Below, in pieces: positions 41,348-51,835 of a stretch of 64,000 bases of DNA; within the stretch, counting starts at the first letter, position 1; each line of letters starts with the position of its first letter. The position numbers and the translations under genes are program-made. A model generated the notes under the pieces. It did no database searches and was not told the origin of the DNA. It was given only the letters and a program-made list of their open reading frames with translations. Source of the DNA: Minisyncoccia bacterium (GTDB lineage Bacteria; Patescibacteriota; Minisyncoccia; SW-4-49-11); contig JBIKVS010000003.1 in assembly GCA_044356725.1 (NCBI GenBank), positions 1 to 64,000 on the forward strand, read 5' to 3'.

Positions 41348-42628
41348 CTATCTAATTACACATCTAAAGCCATGTGTAGGTAAAGAGCATGTAGTATTAC
41401 AAGGGCCAATTGAGAAAACTCCAGCTCCTTCTTGAGTCGAATCCCAACCTCCTGACCATGAACCACCTCTCATCCAATTAGAGATCTGAGTTGAGCTACT
41501 AGGAGAATGACTTATTAATTGTCCTATATTATTAGAGCTGTTCCAAGCTATATTGCTAGGTCGATAATAATCATAGTATAATATTCCATTACTGATAATA
41601 TTATTAAATTCTACTCCAGCCCAACTAATTTGATTGTTTGAATAAGGCATATCTTTTTGTTGAATAGTATCTGTAGTCCACTCCCATAGATTACCACTAA
41701 TATCCCAAATAGTTTCCCCATTACTTAATATATGTGTTCTTTTTTGCTGCCATCCATTATTAATACTATTCCCTGTATCTTTATATCCCAAATTATCATC
41801 TGTGCTAGCTTCTAGAGCTGTATTCGGATTATTATCACTATGTCCTCTCCAAATCCCTCCATTACCAATTTCGTTTACTGGAGTTGGGATTGGATTATAC
41901 CAGTTATTAGATACCGATTCTATATTTCTAGATATAGTCATACCTTCTACATTAGTCATTAAACTAGCTCCTGCATTAACACAATAACTTGCAGCCGTTG
42001 CTTGATCTATATTAGCTATTGGATACCCAGTAGCTACACTGGCTATAGTTCTACCATTAGCTGCTGTAGTGGGGGTGGTATTATTTGCTATAGTATTGAA
42101 ACCAGTATTTGGAGTTGTTAAACCTACAGTTGGACTATTGATAGCTACTGCTTTAGCTTCGTATTTCATCACACAAAAGTCTTTGGTTTGATATAGGCTG
42201 TTTCCGGGTACTTTTATATAACCTGTTGGACAGCTGAAGTTTCCTGCTGTATCTGTTGTATTGACATAGACTCTACCATCATTCCCTCTTGCTACCGTAT
42301 ATGTGGTACTACTTGGTATTGCGGATACATATTCTGGTATTAAACTACTTAGGTTTATACAGTCTGGTGTATTTACTGTATTACTACATACTTTCCTTTG
42401 TACTCCATCTAGTCCTGCTGGGTAATTACCTGTATCTATCAATCTCTGTTGTAATGCTTTCTCTATTGTATTCTTATCGCTATTTATTGCTGCTTGTCTT
42501 GCTTGGTTTATTTGTCTATTTGGATTTATGGCTACCAGTACTATTGCCGCTAATATTCCTATTGCTGCTATTACTAATAATATCTCTAGGAGGGTGAAGC
42601 CTTTGTTGGCTTTTATATTTCTATTCAT
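41348..42628 (-). CDS. Type IV pilin fused to FGE-sulfatase (CLec-fold) domain; true start probably ATG 42628
   Basis: MNRNIKANKG|FTLLE; CPTGYI..DFCVMKYEAK, WDISGNLWEW, RGGSW...GFRCV; the track start 42712 lies in the -35 hexamer. Confidence 0.85.
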   Translation of the reverse strand: MNRNIKANKGFTLLEILLVIAAIGILAAIVLVAINPNRQINQARQAAINSDKNTIEKALQQRLIDTGNYPAGLDGVQRKVCSNTVNTPDCINLSSLIPEYVSAIPSSTTYTVARGNDGRVYVNTTDTAGNFSCPTGYIKVPGNSLYQTKDFCVMKYEAKAVAINSPTVGLTTPNTGFNTIANNTTPTTAANGRTIASVATGYPIANIDQATAASYCVNAGASLMTNVEGMTISRNIESVSNNWYNPIPTPVNEIGNGGIWRGHSDNNPNTALEASTDDNLGYKDTGNSINNGWQQKRTHILSNGETIWDISGNLWEWTTDTIQQKDMPYSNNQISWAGVEFNNIISNGILYYDYYRPSNIAWNSSNNIGQLISHSPSSSTQISNWMRGGSWSGGWDSTQEGAGVFSIGPCNTTCSLPTHGFRCVIR

Positions 42629-42683
42629 ATGTATGAGTTTATTATTTATAATTTTATTACAGTCTTTTCTATATCTATTTAAC

Positions 42684-42712
42684 ATTATACCTCCCCCCCA
42701 GATTTTTGTCAA
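42684..42712 (-). promoter_or_regulatory. Consensus promoter with G7 tract in spacer
   Basis: TTGACA(42707-12)-AAAATCTGGGGGGGAGG(17)-TATAAT(42684-89). Confidence 0.85.
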
Positions 42713-42753
42713 ATTTGGAGTGTGCTGATGTATGTATAGTTAATATAATAATT

Positions 42754-43350
42754 TTATAAAAAAGCATATTGTGATTTATGAGTGTTTTCCTTTATAAATT
42801 GGTCTATATCATAATTCATATCTACTTTCAAGCGCAACCAACCATCTTTAGAAGGATATATTAAATGGTTTTTTGTAATACAATATTCAAAAATGTCTTT
42901 TGTTAATTTAACATCATTTATACAATAATCTGCTAAATCCTCTAATTTACCTTCTTGATATAAGCTCATTGCATTAGAGCCAGTTCCAGATTTATTTGTT
43001 CCCAGAGTCATACTAGCTATAGCGTCTAGACCCAATCTTTTACCTGTATTAGCTCTGAACTCTCTTAGTATATCAAAAGAAGCTATACTAAAAAGGTCAA
43101 ATTGATAATATTTATTCAAGATAGGAGTGTCAAAGTGATCATTATTGAATCCTACCAATAAATTCGCTTGCTTTAAATCTGCCTCTAAATCTGACAATTC
43201 TTCTAAAAAGTAAGTCTTATATTCATCTTTTGCATAATTATATACTCCCACTACGGTTATCTGCATTTCATCTACAAAATTAGGTGATGAAATATTACCA
43301 ATAGTTTCAATATCAAATACTAATATATTAGGGAACTTATTGCTTATCAT
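42754..43350 (-). CDS. RNase H-like DEDD exonuclease (RNase_H_2/YprB-like)
   Basis: VFDIET, GFNNDHFD, YCINDV. Confidence 0.82.
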   Translation of the reverse strand: MISNKFPNILVFDIETIGNISSPNFVDEMQITVVGVYNYAKDEYKTYFLEELSDLEADLKQANLLVGFNNDHFDTPILNKYYQFDLFSIASFDILREFRANTGKRLGLDAIASMTLGTNKSGTGSNAMSLYQEGKLEDLADYCINDVKLTKDIFEYCITKNHLIYPSKDGWLRLKVDMNYDIDQFIKENTHKSQYAFL

Positions 43351-44350
43351 AGTTAAAAATATCTCTATATATTATACGAGAAAGAGAAACTACTGGCATT
43401 GCTATTATAACCCCTAAGGGACCTGATAAAACTCCTCCTATCATTAAAGCGAATACTACCAGTAGTGCATTGGTATGACTAAATGACTTGAATATAATAG
43501 GTAGAAGTAAAAACTGTTTAATTAATTGTACACATATAATTAATGCTATAGTTATGATGCCTAATATTGGAGATTGTACAAATGCAATGAGTATAATAAT
43601 TAAGTATATAAGTACTGGCCCAAGAATTGGTATAAGTTGGAATATACCCGCCATAATTCCTAATATTGCAGCATATTGAAACTCTAGAATAGAAAGCACA
43701 GTATATATGAATATCCCCATAGTAAGAGCAATACTAGCTTCCACAAATGCCCATTTTCCTATATGATATTGTAATTTGTGAATTATATTAGGTATATTCT
43801 CTTTTATTTCAGCTGGAACAAATAACTTTATCAATGCATTTAACCCAGAGTCATTAACCGAAATATAAAATGCTAATATAAAAATTAGCAGAGTATAGGT
43901 TAAGACCTCTCCTAAACCAGATAAAATACTTATTGTTAATTGACCTAAATTCGGTATAAAATTTGTGAACTGACTGAATTGAAAGTTATCTATTGGTAAT
44001 CCTGTAATGATTATTCCTGATTCTAGTTGCTTCAATAGAGTATTAATCAGCTCAATAAACCCATAGCTTTCCTTAATTAATAATGGTAATAAAAGACCAA
44101 TACTAGCAATAGTTAAAATTAATATTAATACAAAAATAGATATCAATCCATATTTATAACCAAATTTATACTTATCTTGTAATAAATTCGCGAAATATTT
44201 AGCAAATGAGGCTAATATAAATGATATTATAATAGTTAATACTAAATATCTAATATATATCAAAAATAAAAATATCAGTATAAATAAGGTTAATATTAAT
44301 AGTGATTTTCTTGATATAGATATTGTGTTTTTATTGTCTTGTTTTGGCAT
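43337..44350 (-). CDS. AI-2E family transporter
   Basis: Multi-TM, LIPILGP, GPLGVIIAMP. Confidence 0.82.
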   Translation of the reverse strand: MPKQDNKNTISISRKSLLILTLFILIFLFLIYIRYLVLTIIISFILASFAKYFANLLQDKYKFGYKYGLISIFVLILILTIASIGLLLPLLIKESYGFIELINTLLKQLESGIIITGLPIDNFQFSQFTNFIPNLGQLTISILSGLGEVLTYTLLIFILAFYISVNDSGLNALIKLFVPAEIKENIPNIIHKLQYHIGKWAFVEASIALTMGIFIYTVLSILEFQYAAILGIMAGIFQLIPILGPVLIYLIIILIAFVQSPILGIITIALIICVQLIKQFLLLPIIFKSFSHTNALLVVFALMIGGVLSGPLGVIIAMPVVSLSRIIYRDIFNYDKQ

Positions 44351-44353
44351 ATA

Positions 44354-45529
44354 TTATTCTGGTCTCTCTTCCAAAGTTAAGGATAACTTTTCTTCTTTTC
44401 CGTCTCTAATAACTAAAAGTTCAATTTTATCTCCTATTTTATATTGCGAGACTACATCGGCCAATTGTTGTTTTATAGATAAATTTTTATCGTTAATTTT
44501 GGTTATAATATCTCCAGTTTTAAGCCCTGATTTAGCAGCAGGTGAATTAGGAACTATTGCTGGAGATTGAGCATCTCCAATAATCAAAGCTCCATTTTCT
44601 ACCCCATACTGTTTGGATTGATCTGATCCAGGAACAATCATATTATAGCGAACTCCAATAAATGGCACTTTCACTTTACCAAATTTCTTATAATCCTCAA
44701 TCATTCTCACTACTACATTGGAAGGGATTGCAAAGCCTATACTTTGAGCACCCTCTGCTGTAGCTACATTAACTCCAATTACTTTAGCATTAATATCTAA
44801 TAAAGGACCTCCTGAATTACCTTGATTGATAGCAGCATCAGTTTGAATAACTTGAGATAATTGTTCTGAATTACCCATTTTATCCGAAGCTACAATAGAT
44901 CTTCTTAATCCAGATATGACCCCTCTACTAACAGTATTATCAAATTCATTTAAGGCATTACCTATTGCTACTGCAGTTTGTCCAACTTTAAGCTGCTCAG
45001 AATCTGCAAATTCTACTGGTTTTAAATTATCTTTATCTACTTTAATAATAGCCAAATCTTGAGTAGGGTGTAAAGCTTTTACCTCAGCTTTAGATTCTGA
45101 ACCATCATTAAATAGAACTTTATAGGTAGCACTAGAGTCTGAGACCACATGTTTATTAGTTATAATTAATCCATCTGATGATACAACAAAGCCAGTTCCG
45201 CCACCTATAGTTCTGTTCACATCTTCATTTTGTGGTAAATTCTCTTGTGTTGGGACTCCAAAAAAATAATCAAACGGAGTAGACCTTCTGAGTGGTATCT
45301 GTTTTGAAATAGATATACTCACTACTGATTGATTAGACTTCTCAACCAAATCAATGATAGCCGATTGTTCTTCTGAGACACTAAGATTGCTAGTTTGAAT
45401 AGTTGTATTTTGGACTTTATCTATATAAGAGAATGCTATTCCTCCACCTAAAAAACCGGTAAGAGACGAAGCTAAAACACTAATTAGAACTATATTCGCT
45501 ATCTTTTGTTGATTTAATTCTGTAGACAT
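44354..45529 (-). CDS. HtrA/DegP serine protease with PDZ
   Basis: GTGF, TNKHVV, DLAII, IQTDAAINQGNSGGPL, PDZ SPAAKSGL. Confidence 0.93.
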   Translation of the reverse strand: MSTELNQQKIANIVLISVLASSLTGFLGGGIAFSYIDKVQNTTIQTSNLSVSEEQSAIIDLVEKSNQSVVSISISKQIPLRRSTPFDYFFGVPTQENLPQNEDVNRTIGGGTGFVVSSDGLIITNKHVVSDSSATYKVLFNDGSESKAEVKALHPTQDLAIIKVDKDNLKPVEFADSEQLKVGQTAVAIGNALNEFDNTVSRGVISGLRRSIVASDKMGNSEQLSQVIQTDAAINQGNSGGPLLDINAKVIGVNVATAEGAQSIGFAIPSNVVVRMIEDYKKFGKVKVPFIGVRYNMIVPGSDQSKQYGVENGALIIGDAQSPAIVPNSPAAKSGLKTGDIITKINDKNLSIKQQLADVVSQYKIGDKIELLVIRDGKEEKLSLTLEERPE

Positions 45530-45608
45530 ATTATTAAATATATTATCTAGTAATGTATAATTTTATTATATCATATTTATATATATTTTAAAACAAATAT
45601 GTAAAGTT

Positions 45609-48600
45609 CTATTTTAATCTTAACAAATAAGTTCCACTCTGGTTATTATAAACCTGAAACCTCCCTCCAACTACTATCTTTCCATCTGATTGGATAGCGA
45701 TAGTATTGACAGTCTCATTAAATCCTGTACCTATCTCAAAACTATTATCTCTACTTCCATTACTATTGAGTCTTATTATTCTATTAGCTGATGCTCCTCC
45801 TTGATCTATAATTTCTGTATAATCATATTCTTCATTATACTCTAACTCTCCCTGATATAACTCAAACCCTCCTCCTACTACTATCTTTCCATCTGATTGG
45901 ATAGCGATAGTATTGACAGTCTCATTAAATCCTGTACCTATCTCAAAACTATCATCTCTACTTCCATCATTATTTAAACGAATTATTCCATTAGCTGAGG
46001 ATCCTCCTTGATCTATAATTTCTGTATAATCATATTCTTCATTATACTCTAACTCTCCCTGATATAGGTTAAAATATCCTCCAACTACTATCTTACCATC
46101 TGATTGGATAGCGATAGTATTGACAGTACCATCAAATCCTGTGCCTATCTCAAAACTATTATCTCTACTTCCATTACTATTGAGTCGGATTATGCTATTA
46201 GCTGATGCTCCTTTATAATTGCTAAAGTCTCCTCCTACTATTATCTTTCCATCACTTTGGATAGCGATAGTATTGACAGTCTCATTAAATCCTGTACCTA
46301 TCTCAAAACTATCATCTCTACTTCCATCACTATTTAAACGAATTATTCCATTAGCTGAGGATCCTCCTTGATCTATCATTTCTGTATAATCATATTCTTC
46401 ATTATACTCTAACTCTCCCTGATATAGGTTAAAATATCCTCCAACTACTATCTTACCATCTGATTGGATAGCGATAGTATTGACAGTACCATCAAATCCT
46501 GTGCCTATCTCAAAACTATTATCTCTACTTCCATTACTATTGAGTCGGATTATGCTATTAGCTGATGCTCCTTTATAATTGCTAAAGTCTCCTCCTACTA
46601 CTATCTTTCCATCTGATTGGATAGCGATAGTATTGACAGTACCATCAAATCCTGTGCCTATCTCAAAACTATTATCTCTACTTCCATCACTATTTAAACG
46701 AATTATTCCATTAGCTGATTCTCCTTTATAATTGCTAAAACCTCCTCCTACTATTATCTTTCCATCACTTTGAGTTTTAACTATATCGACATCTGAGTCA
46801 AAAGAAATTTTATTGGTGTATTTAATTCTAAGTGACAATCCACTATCAAAGTCAGTAGATCTACTACCGTCCAAATTAAATTTTAGAATACTTCCGATAG
46901 TAACGTCAATTGCTCCTCCATCAGTATTAAAGTTAGAAATCCATTCCTCATTTTCAAAATCTATCGTCTGCATATCAATTAATTCTCCATCTGCATTATA
47001 TACATTATTAACTGTTGTAAACAAAGCTCCTCCTAGAAAAATAGTGTTATTAACTAATAACATTCTATCCGCGATATTAGGTGTTAATAAACTATTCATA
47101 TCTAAACTAAAACTTGTATCTCTACTTCCATCACTATTTAGTTTTAAAATATTTCCTCCAAAATCTTCAATTTCCCCAGAAAAATTTCTAAATAAGATAA
47201 ATATAGTACCATCGCTTTGTTCATAAATATCTTGTATATAAAAGTATGTGTTTATACTTGGTAAAGATATATCTGAATTAAATGATAAATCTTTTTCACC
47301 ATTGCTTGTTAACCTAATTAATCTATTTACTGAATTGTTTTGATATGTTCTAAAATCTCCTCCTACCAATATCTTGCCATCAGTTTGTAACAATATACTG
47401 TTGACTACACCTCCACCAAACCAATCACCAAACCCTGACCCCATATCAAAGCTGCTATCTCTACTACCATCACTATTTAATCGAATTATTTTATTTGCTC
47501 CCAAGCCATTATAACTAGTAAAATTTCCTCCTATCAATATCTTGCCATCTGACTGAACAACCAATTTATACACAGACCTATCTATACCTGAAAAACCCGT
47601 GCCTATATTAAAGCTTGTATCTCTACTTCCATCACTATTTAATCGGATTATTCTATTTGCTCCTACACCATTATAACTAGTAAAATTTCCTCCTACTATT
47701 ATCTTGCCATCTTCCTGTATGGCTAAAGTATTGACAGAATCATCCCCGGCCGTTGTTCCATCCAGACTCCCCCTAAATCCTGTCCCTATATTAAAGCTTG
47801 TATCTCTACTTCCATCACTATTAAGTCTAACTATTCCATTAGTTGATTCTCCTAGATACTCATTAAAATCTCCTCCTACCAATATCTTTCCATCTGACTG
47901 TTCCTTTATATCAAATACACAGCAACTTATGTCACCTGAATTAAAACTTTCATCTATATCTCCATTTTGATTAATTCTAAATATATTATTGATATAATCA
48001 CTATTAATTGTATTTACTAGTATATTACCATCACTTTGTAATTCGAAAACAGTAGATTGTATGAGTTCAGATTCTAAAAAATTGTCAATATCAATAATGT
48101 ACCTATTGGAATCAGAAATTAATTCAAACCCAAAATTTCCTGTGTAAAAATCTTTATCTATTATTCCTGTGGCTGTGTTTAAAGGAGGATTTATACCATC
48201 ATCTACATCATCTGTATCTGGAGGGATAACTGATGGATTTGGAGTAGTTGGGATATTAGGTGTAATTGGATTTATAGGTAAATTAGGTACACTAGGAATA
48301 CTTGGGACATTCGGTATACTTGGTTTATTAGTTATACTTGGTAATTCTATTGGCTTATTATTTGTAATAGGTGGTTTATAAACTTCTATTGGAGAATATC
48401 TCAAAGGCTGACTTCTTATACCCCTATATTCTCCCCTTATATTATTAACTATTGTTGCTATACGTTGTTCTCGTTTTTCCTCATTCTCTCTTGTTACTAC
48501 TGTGCTATTTCTATCATCTACATCTTGATCTCTGTTATTCTCTACTTTACTATTTTCTATCTTATTAACTGATTCTATATTTAATTCATCAATATCTGTA

Positions 48601-48692
48601 TTTATATTATATATAATATATACTCCTAATACTAATCCTATACTGATTCCTATTGTTAATAGGATATTTTTTAAATTTACTTTTCTCTGCAT
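45609..48692 (-). CDS. Membrane-anchored delta-60 repeat (beta-propeller) surface protein with Pro-rich linker
   Basis: Repeats VNTIAIQSDGKIVVGGxF...IIRLNSDGSRDxSF. Confidence 0.88.
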   Translation of the reverse strand: MQRKVNLKNILLTIGISIGLVLGVYIIYNINTDIDELNIESVNKIENSKVENNRDQDVDDRNSTVVTRENEEKREQRIATIVNNIRGEYRGIRSQPLRYSPIEVYKPPITNNKPIELPSITNKPSIPNVPSIPSVPNLPINPITPNIPTTPNPSVIPPDTDDVDDGINPPLNTATGIIDKDFYTGNFGFELISDSNRYIIDIDNFLESELIQSTVFELQSDGNILVNTINSDYINNIFRINQNGDIDESFNSGDISCCVFDIKEQSDGKILVGGDFNEYLGESTNGIVRLNSDGSRDTSFNIGTGFRGSLDGTTAGDDSVNTLAIQEDGKIIVGGNFTSYNGVGANRIIRLNSDGSRDTSFNIGTGFSGIDRSVYKLVVQSDGKILIGGNFTSYNGLGANKIIRLNSDGSRDSSFDMGSGFGDWFGGGVVNSILLQTDGKILVGGDFRTYQNNSVNRLIRLTSNGEKDLSFNSDISLPSINTYFYIQDIYEQSDGTIFILFRNFSGEIEDFGGNILKLNSDGSRDTSFSLDMNSLLTPNIADRMLLVNNTIFLGGALFTTVNNVYNADGELIDMQTIDFENEEWISNFNTDGGAIDVTIGSILKFNLDGSRSTDFDSGLSLRIKYTNKISFDSDVDIVKTQSDGKIIVGGGFSNYKGESANGIIRLNSDGSRDNSFEIGTGFDGTVNTIAIQSDGKIVVGGDFSNYKGASANSIIRLNSNGSRDNSFEIGTGFDGTVNTIAIQSDGKIVVGGYFNLYQGELEYNEEYDYTEMIDQGGSSANGIIRLNSDGSRDDSFEIGTGFNETVNTIAIQSDGKIIVGGDFSNYKGASANSIIRLNSNGSRDNSFEIGTGFDGTVNTIAIQSDGKIVVGGYFNLYQGELEYNEEYDYTEIIDQGGSSANGIIRLNNDGSRDDSFEIGTGFNETVNTIAIQSDGKIVVGGGFELYQGELEYNEEYDYTEIIDQGGASANRIIRLNSNGSRDNSFEIGTGFNETVNTIAIQSDGKIVVGGRFQVYNNQSGTYLLRLK
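45901..46620. repeat. 360-bp near-perfect tandem duplication
   Basis: 45901-46260 vs 46261-46620 differ at about 6 positions by line comparison. Confidence 0.92.
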
Positions 48693-48777
48693 ATATTTTA
48701 TTTATAAATTATAACTTATCTTTATTTTATCATATTTATATATATGCTTTAATATAACTTATCAACAATTCACACAA

Positions 48778-49893
48778 TCAACCAAATATATCCTGGGAGT
48801 CCTTCATAAATATTGTACCTTGAGATAGTTTATACTTTTGTACAGATAAAACTAAACCTATCAACATCCAATATACTAACATCGAACTACCTCCATAACT
48901 CATAAATGGTAGTGGCACTCCTGTAATTGGTAGAGCTCCTATATTCATTCCAATATTAATCATTAATTGAATTATAATAGATAAAACCACCCCTAATATG
49001 ATTAATCTAGGAAAGCTATCTTGAGACTTAAAACCTATATATAATATTCTTCCTATGATTAATAATATAATCATAAAGTAAATAGAGACACCTATAAATC
49101 CCCATTGTTGTGCAAAACCTGAAAAAATAAAATCAGTATGTACCTCTGGAACAAATACAATCTGCTCTTTTACCCCCATTAAACCTCCCGAACTTACAGA
49201 CTTCATAGATTGTAATATATTATATCCACTTCCCAAAGGATCAGAGGTTGGATCAAGAAAAGTCAAAATTCTTTGCTTTTGATAGTCTTTAAAAACCCAA
49301 ATCCAAAGACTACTTGTACTAACTAAACCCATAATAAATAAGATAAAAATATGCTGCAATTTAATGCCTCCAAAAATAACCATACCAAGCCAAATAGATA
49401 TTAGAATCGCAGCCGTCCCAAAGTCAGGTTGCAGTAAAACTAATGATACTATGATAAAAACTGGTAGTAATGATAGAATTATAGATAAAAAGCTATTAAT
49501 CTTATGATGATATCTAGTAAAATAATGAGAAACTATTAGAATCACTACTATCTTAGCAAATTCTGCTGGTTGTAAATTAAATATCCCAATTGAAAACCAG
49601 CTTTTAGCTCCATTGATTCTATCGCCAAATATTAAAACCAGTATTAATAAGCTGCTTATCCCAAAAAATAAGGGTTGAATTAAAGTAGAAAAGACTCGAT
49701 AATCAATTTGTGAAATTATAATAGCCATAGTAAGACCGATTATAATAGATATTATATGTTTTATAATCAAACTTTGACTTACTATAGATATCCCATTCAT
49801 ATTGAGCCCAATAAGTACAATTAATCCCATAGAGGAAAGAGCCAATACTAGCAAAATAGTTAACCAATCTATTGAAAACACTAATTTTCTCAT
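48778..49893 (-). CDS. rodA: SEDS protein RodA
   Basis: GAKSW, QPAEFAK, LQPDFGTA, YQKQRILTFLDP..DPLGSGYN, PEVHTDFIF. Confidence 0.9.
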   Translation of the reverse strand: MRKLVFSIDWLTILLVLALSSMGLIVLIGLNMNGISIVSQSLIIKHIISIIIGLTMAIIISQIDYRVFSTLIQPLFFGISSLLILVLIFGDRINGAKSWFSIGIFNLQPAEFAKIVVILIVSHYFTRYHHKINSFLSIILSLLPVFIIVSLVLLQPDFGTAAILISIWLGMVIFGGIKLQHIFILFIMGLVSTSSLWIWVFKDYQKQRILTFLDPTSDPLGSGYNILQSMKSVSSGGLMGVKEQIVFVPEVHTDFIFSGFAQQWGFIGVSIYFMIILLIIGRILYIGFKSQDSFPRLIILGVVLSIIIQLMINIGMNIGALPITGVPLPFMSYGGSSMLVYWMLIGLVLSVQKYKLSQGTIFMKDSQDIFG

Positions 49894-49899
49894 ACACTT

Positions 49900-50664
49900 T
49901 TATCTCTCAAAGATAGGTTTCTGTTGTAATTCAATTAATAATTCTCTATCTCTTAACACATTACTTTGAGCATATATTTTGGTATTATCTTTAATTGCTC
50001 CTGGCAACTCTTCTTTCCAGATCATTTCAAAGTCTCTTGACTCTAGAGTTAGCACATCTCTAATTAAAGTTTGATTTACTCCTATTATATTTGAATTATC
50101 ATCTGTTATAATCGCTATAACTTGTATATTTTTCAGGTTCACCGGACTAGCATTGGTAAGTATTCCAAAAACTGTAAAAGCATTGCCAGCTTTATTTGAA
50201 ATACCTAAACTTACATTTCTAGTTACTAATTCTGGTAAGCTAGATTTTGATAATTGAGCCCATTCTGGTTCCTGATTTATCTTAAAGTCTTGTAATTCAT
50301 ATTCTGATGACACATCCAATAAAAGAACATATCTTTTCTTATCCCCTGGCAATATAAATGTATCTCCTCTTCTTATAGATTCTGTACCATTAGAATTATT
50401 CAAAATGAAACTATATTCTAGTTTTGCCACCCCATAATCATCATTGGGATTACTTAGTTCAACCCAAAAGTCTGCTTTACCATTGCCTAAATCTATTTTA
50501 CCAGATTTTATAATTTGGATTGGCTGTATGAAAGGCTTATCTTCAACAATAACTGGAGTAGATGGAAATAAAGTTATAACAATTAAAAATATAATAGTGG
50601 AAAAAACCATCAAATATACTGATGCAATAATAGTTTGTTTTATTCTTCTTTGAGAGGCTGTCAT
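49900..50664 (-). CDS. Membrane-anchored hypothetical protein (Ig-like/FxLYD-like)
   Basis: N-terminal TM, NPN, ILPGDKK, beta-rich. Confidence 0.55.
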   Translation of the reverse strand: MTASQRRIKQTIIASVYLMVFSTIIFLIVITLFPSTPVIVEDKPFIQPIQIIKSGKIDLGNGKADFWVELSNPNDDYGVAKLEYSFILNNSNGTESIRRGDTFILPGDKKRYVLLLDVSSEYELQDFKINQEPEWAQLSKSSLPELVTRNVSLGISNKAGNAFTVFGILTNASPVNLKNIQVIAIITDDNSNIIGVNQTLIRDVLTLESRDFEMIWKEELPGAIKDNTKIYAQSNVLRDRELLIELQQKPIFER

Positions 50665-50758
50665 ATTAATTTATAAAATATTATTTAATTTTAGTATATC
50701 AGAAATTTGCTTTTTATGATATAATATATTATATCCTTAATAAATACGAAAATACTAT

Positions 50759-51832
50759 ATGTATAAACCTGGTTATAGTGTACTATTATTAACAATAATT
50801 ATATCAACTATAGGAGTAGCTTTAGCTGTAAGTGCCCTTAGTAATAGTACTCAAATTGCAAGAACTAATATTAATATTACTGATGTTGTCCTAAATAAAT
50901 CTAAAGCCTCAAGTTGTGTGGAAAAGGTCTTTACTAAGTTAAAATCATATAGATTTTATGGCGGAGATGAGACCTTTGAAGATGGATGTAGAGTCTATAC
51001 TATCTCAGGTATTGGGAATAGTGAAAGAGTTATCTACACCAAAGTAGAATCTTCTATCCTAGAGACTAAAATTAAACAAATTAATCCTAACATAATTATA
51101 GACTATCAAAAACAAATTACAAATGATCAATTAATTCAAGCACAAGAGAATAACCCCTATGTGATTGACCCTAAAGCTATAAGATTATGGCTAAAGGCAG
51201 ATAGAGCTGAGGCTAACAATAATAATCCCGTATTTAGTGTTAAAAACTCTACTGATGATTTAATCGACTTTGCTCAGCTTACTAATGCTCCAAATCTAGC
51301 TCCAACATTAATTACTAATGCTATTAACAATAGACCTGCATTAAGATTTGATGGTATAGATGATTTTCTTACCAGTACCACTACTTCTATACATACTAAT
51401 AATGGATTAAGTATAATTGTAGTAGGAAAAACTAGTAATACTGCCAATAATAATCAGACTTATATTGGGAAATTTGATACTACTAATAATGAAAGAGAAT
51501 GGAGATTGCAAAATGATGAATTTAATATCACAGATAGTAACTTGTCCTTTGCAAATAATAATACTAACTTTAATATATTGACTGCACTATGGTCACCAAC
51601 TTCTCCTCAAATGAGCTTATCTATAAATAATAATCCAGCAACTACTGCTACTGGTTCAACTAGTATAACCAATACCACCGAGCCAATTATTGTTGGAGCT
51701 AATCTACAAGGAAGTACTGGATTCTTGAATGGGGATATTGCTGAAATTTTGGTTTATAATAAAAAATTAAGCACAGATGAGTTAAATAAAGTCAAAACTT
51801 ATATGAACTCTAAATATAGTCTTTACCCATAA
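50759..51832 (+). CDS. PilX-like minor pilin with LamG-like C-terminal domain
   Basis: PG|YSVLL without E5; LWLKAD, NNRPALRFDG, GDIAEILVYNKKLS. Confidence 0.7.
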   Translation: MYKPGYSVLLLTIIISTIGVALAVSALSNSTQIARTNINITDVVLNKSKASSCVEKVFTKLKSYRFYGGDETFEDGCRVYTISGIGNSERVIYTKVESSILETKIKQINPNIIIDYQKQITNDQLIQAQENNPYVIDPKAIRLWLKADRAEANNNNPVFSVKNSTDDLIDFAQLTNAPNLAPTLITNAINNRPALRFDGIDDFLTSTTTSIHTNNGLSIIVVGKTSNTANNNQTYIGKFDTTNNEREWRLQNDEFNITDSNLSFANNNTNFNILTALWSPTSPQMSLSINNNPATTATGSTSITNTTEPIIVGANLQGSTGFLNGDIAEILVYNKKLSTDELNKVKTYMNSKYSLYP

Positions 51833-51835
51833 AAT

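Noticed and set aside
41348-41480. Active DGR variable region in the pilin-CLec gene
   Set aside because: Conserved codons contain adenines (AGA, GGA, GTA) and no template repeat is visible.
42629-42712. N-terminal extension MTKIWGGGIM... of the pilin-CLec ORF
   Set aside because: It overlaps the -35/-10 promoter; ATG 42628 gives a normal short prepilin leader.
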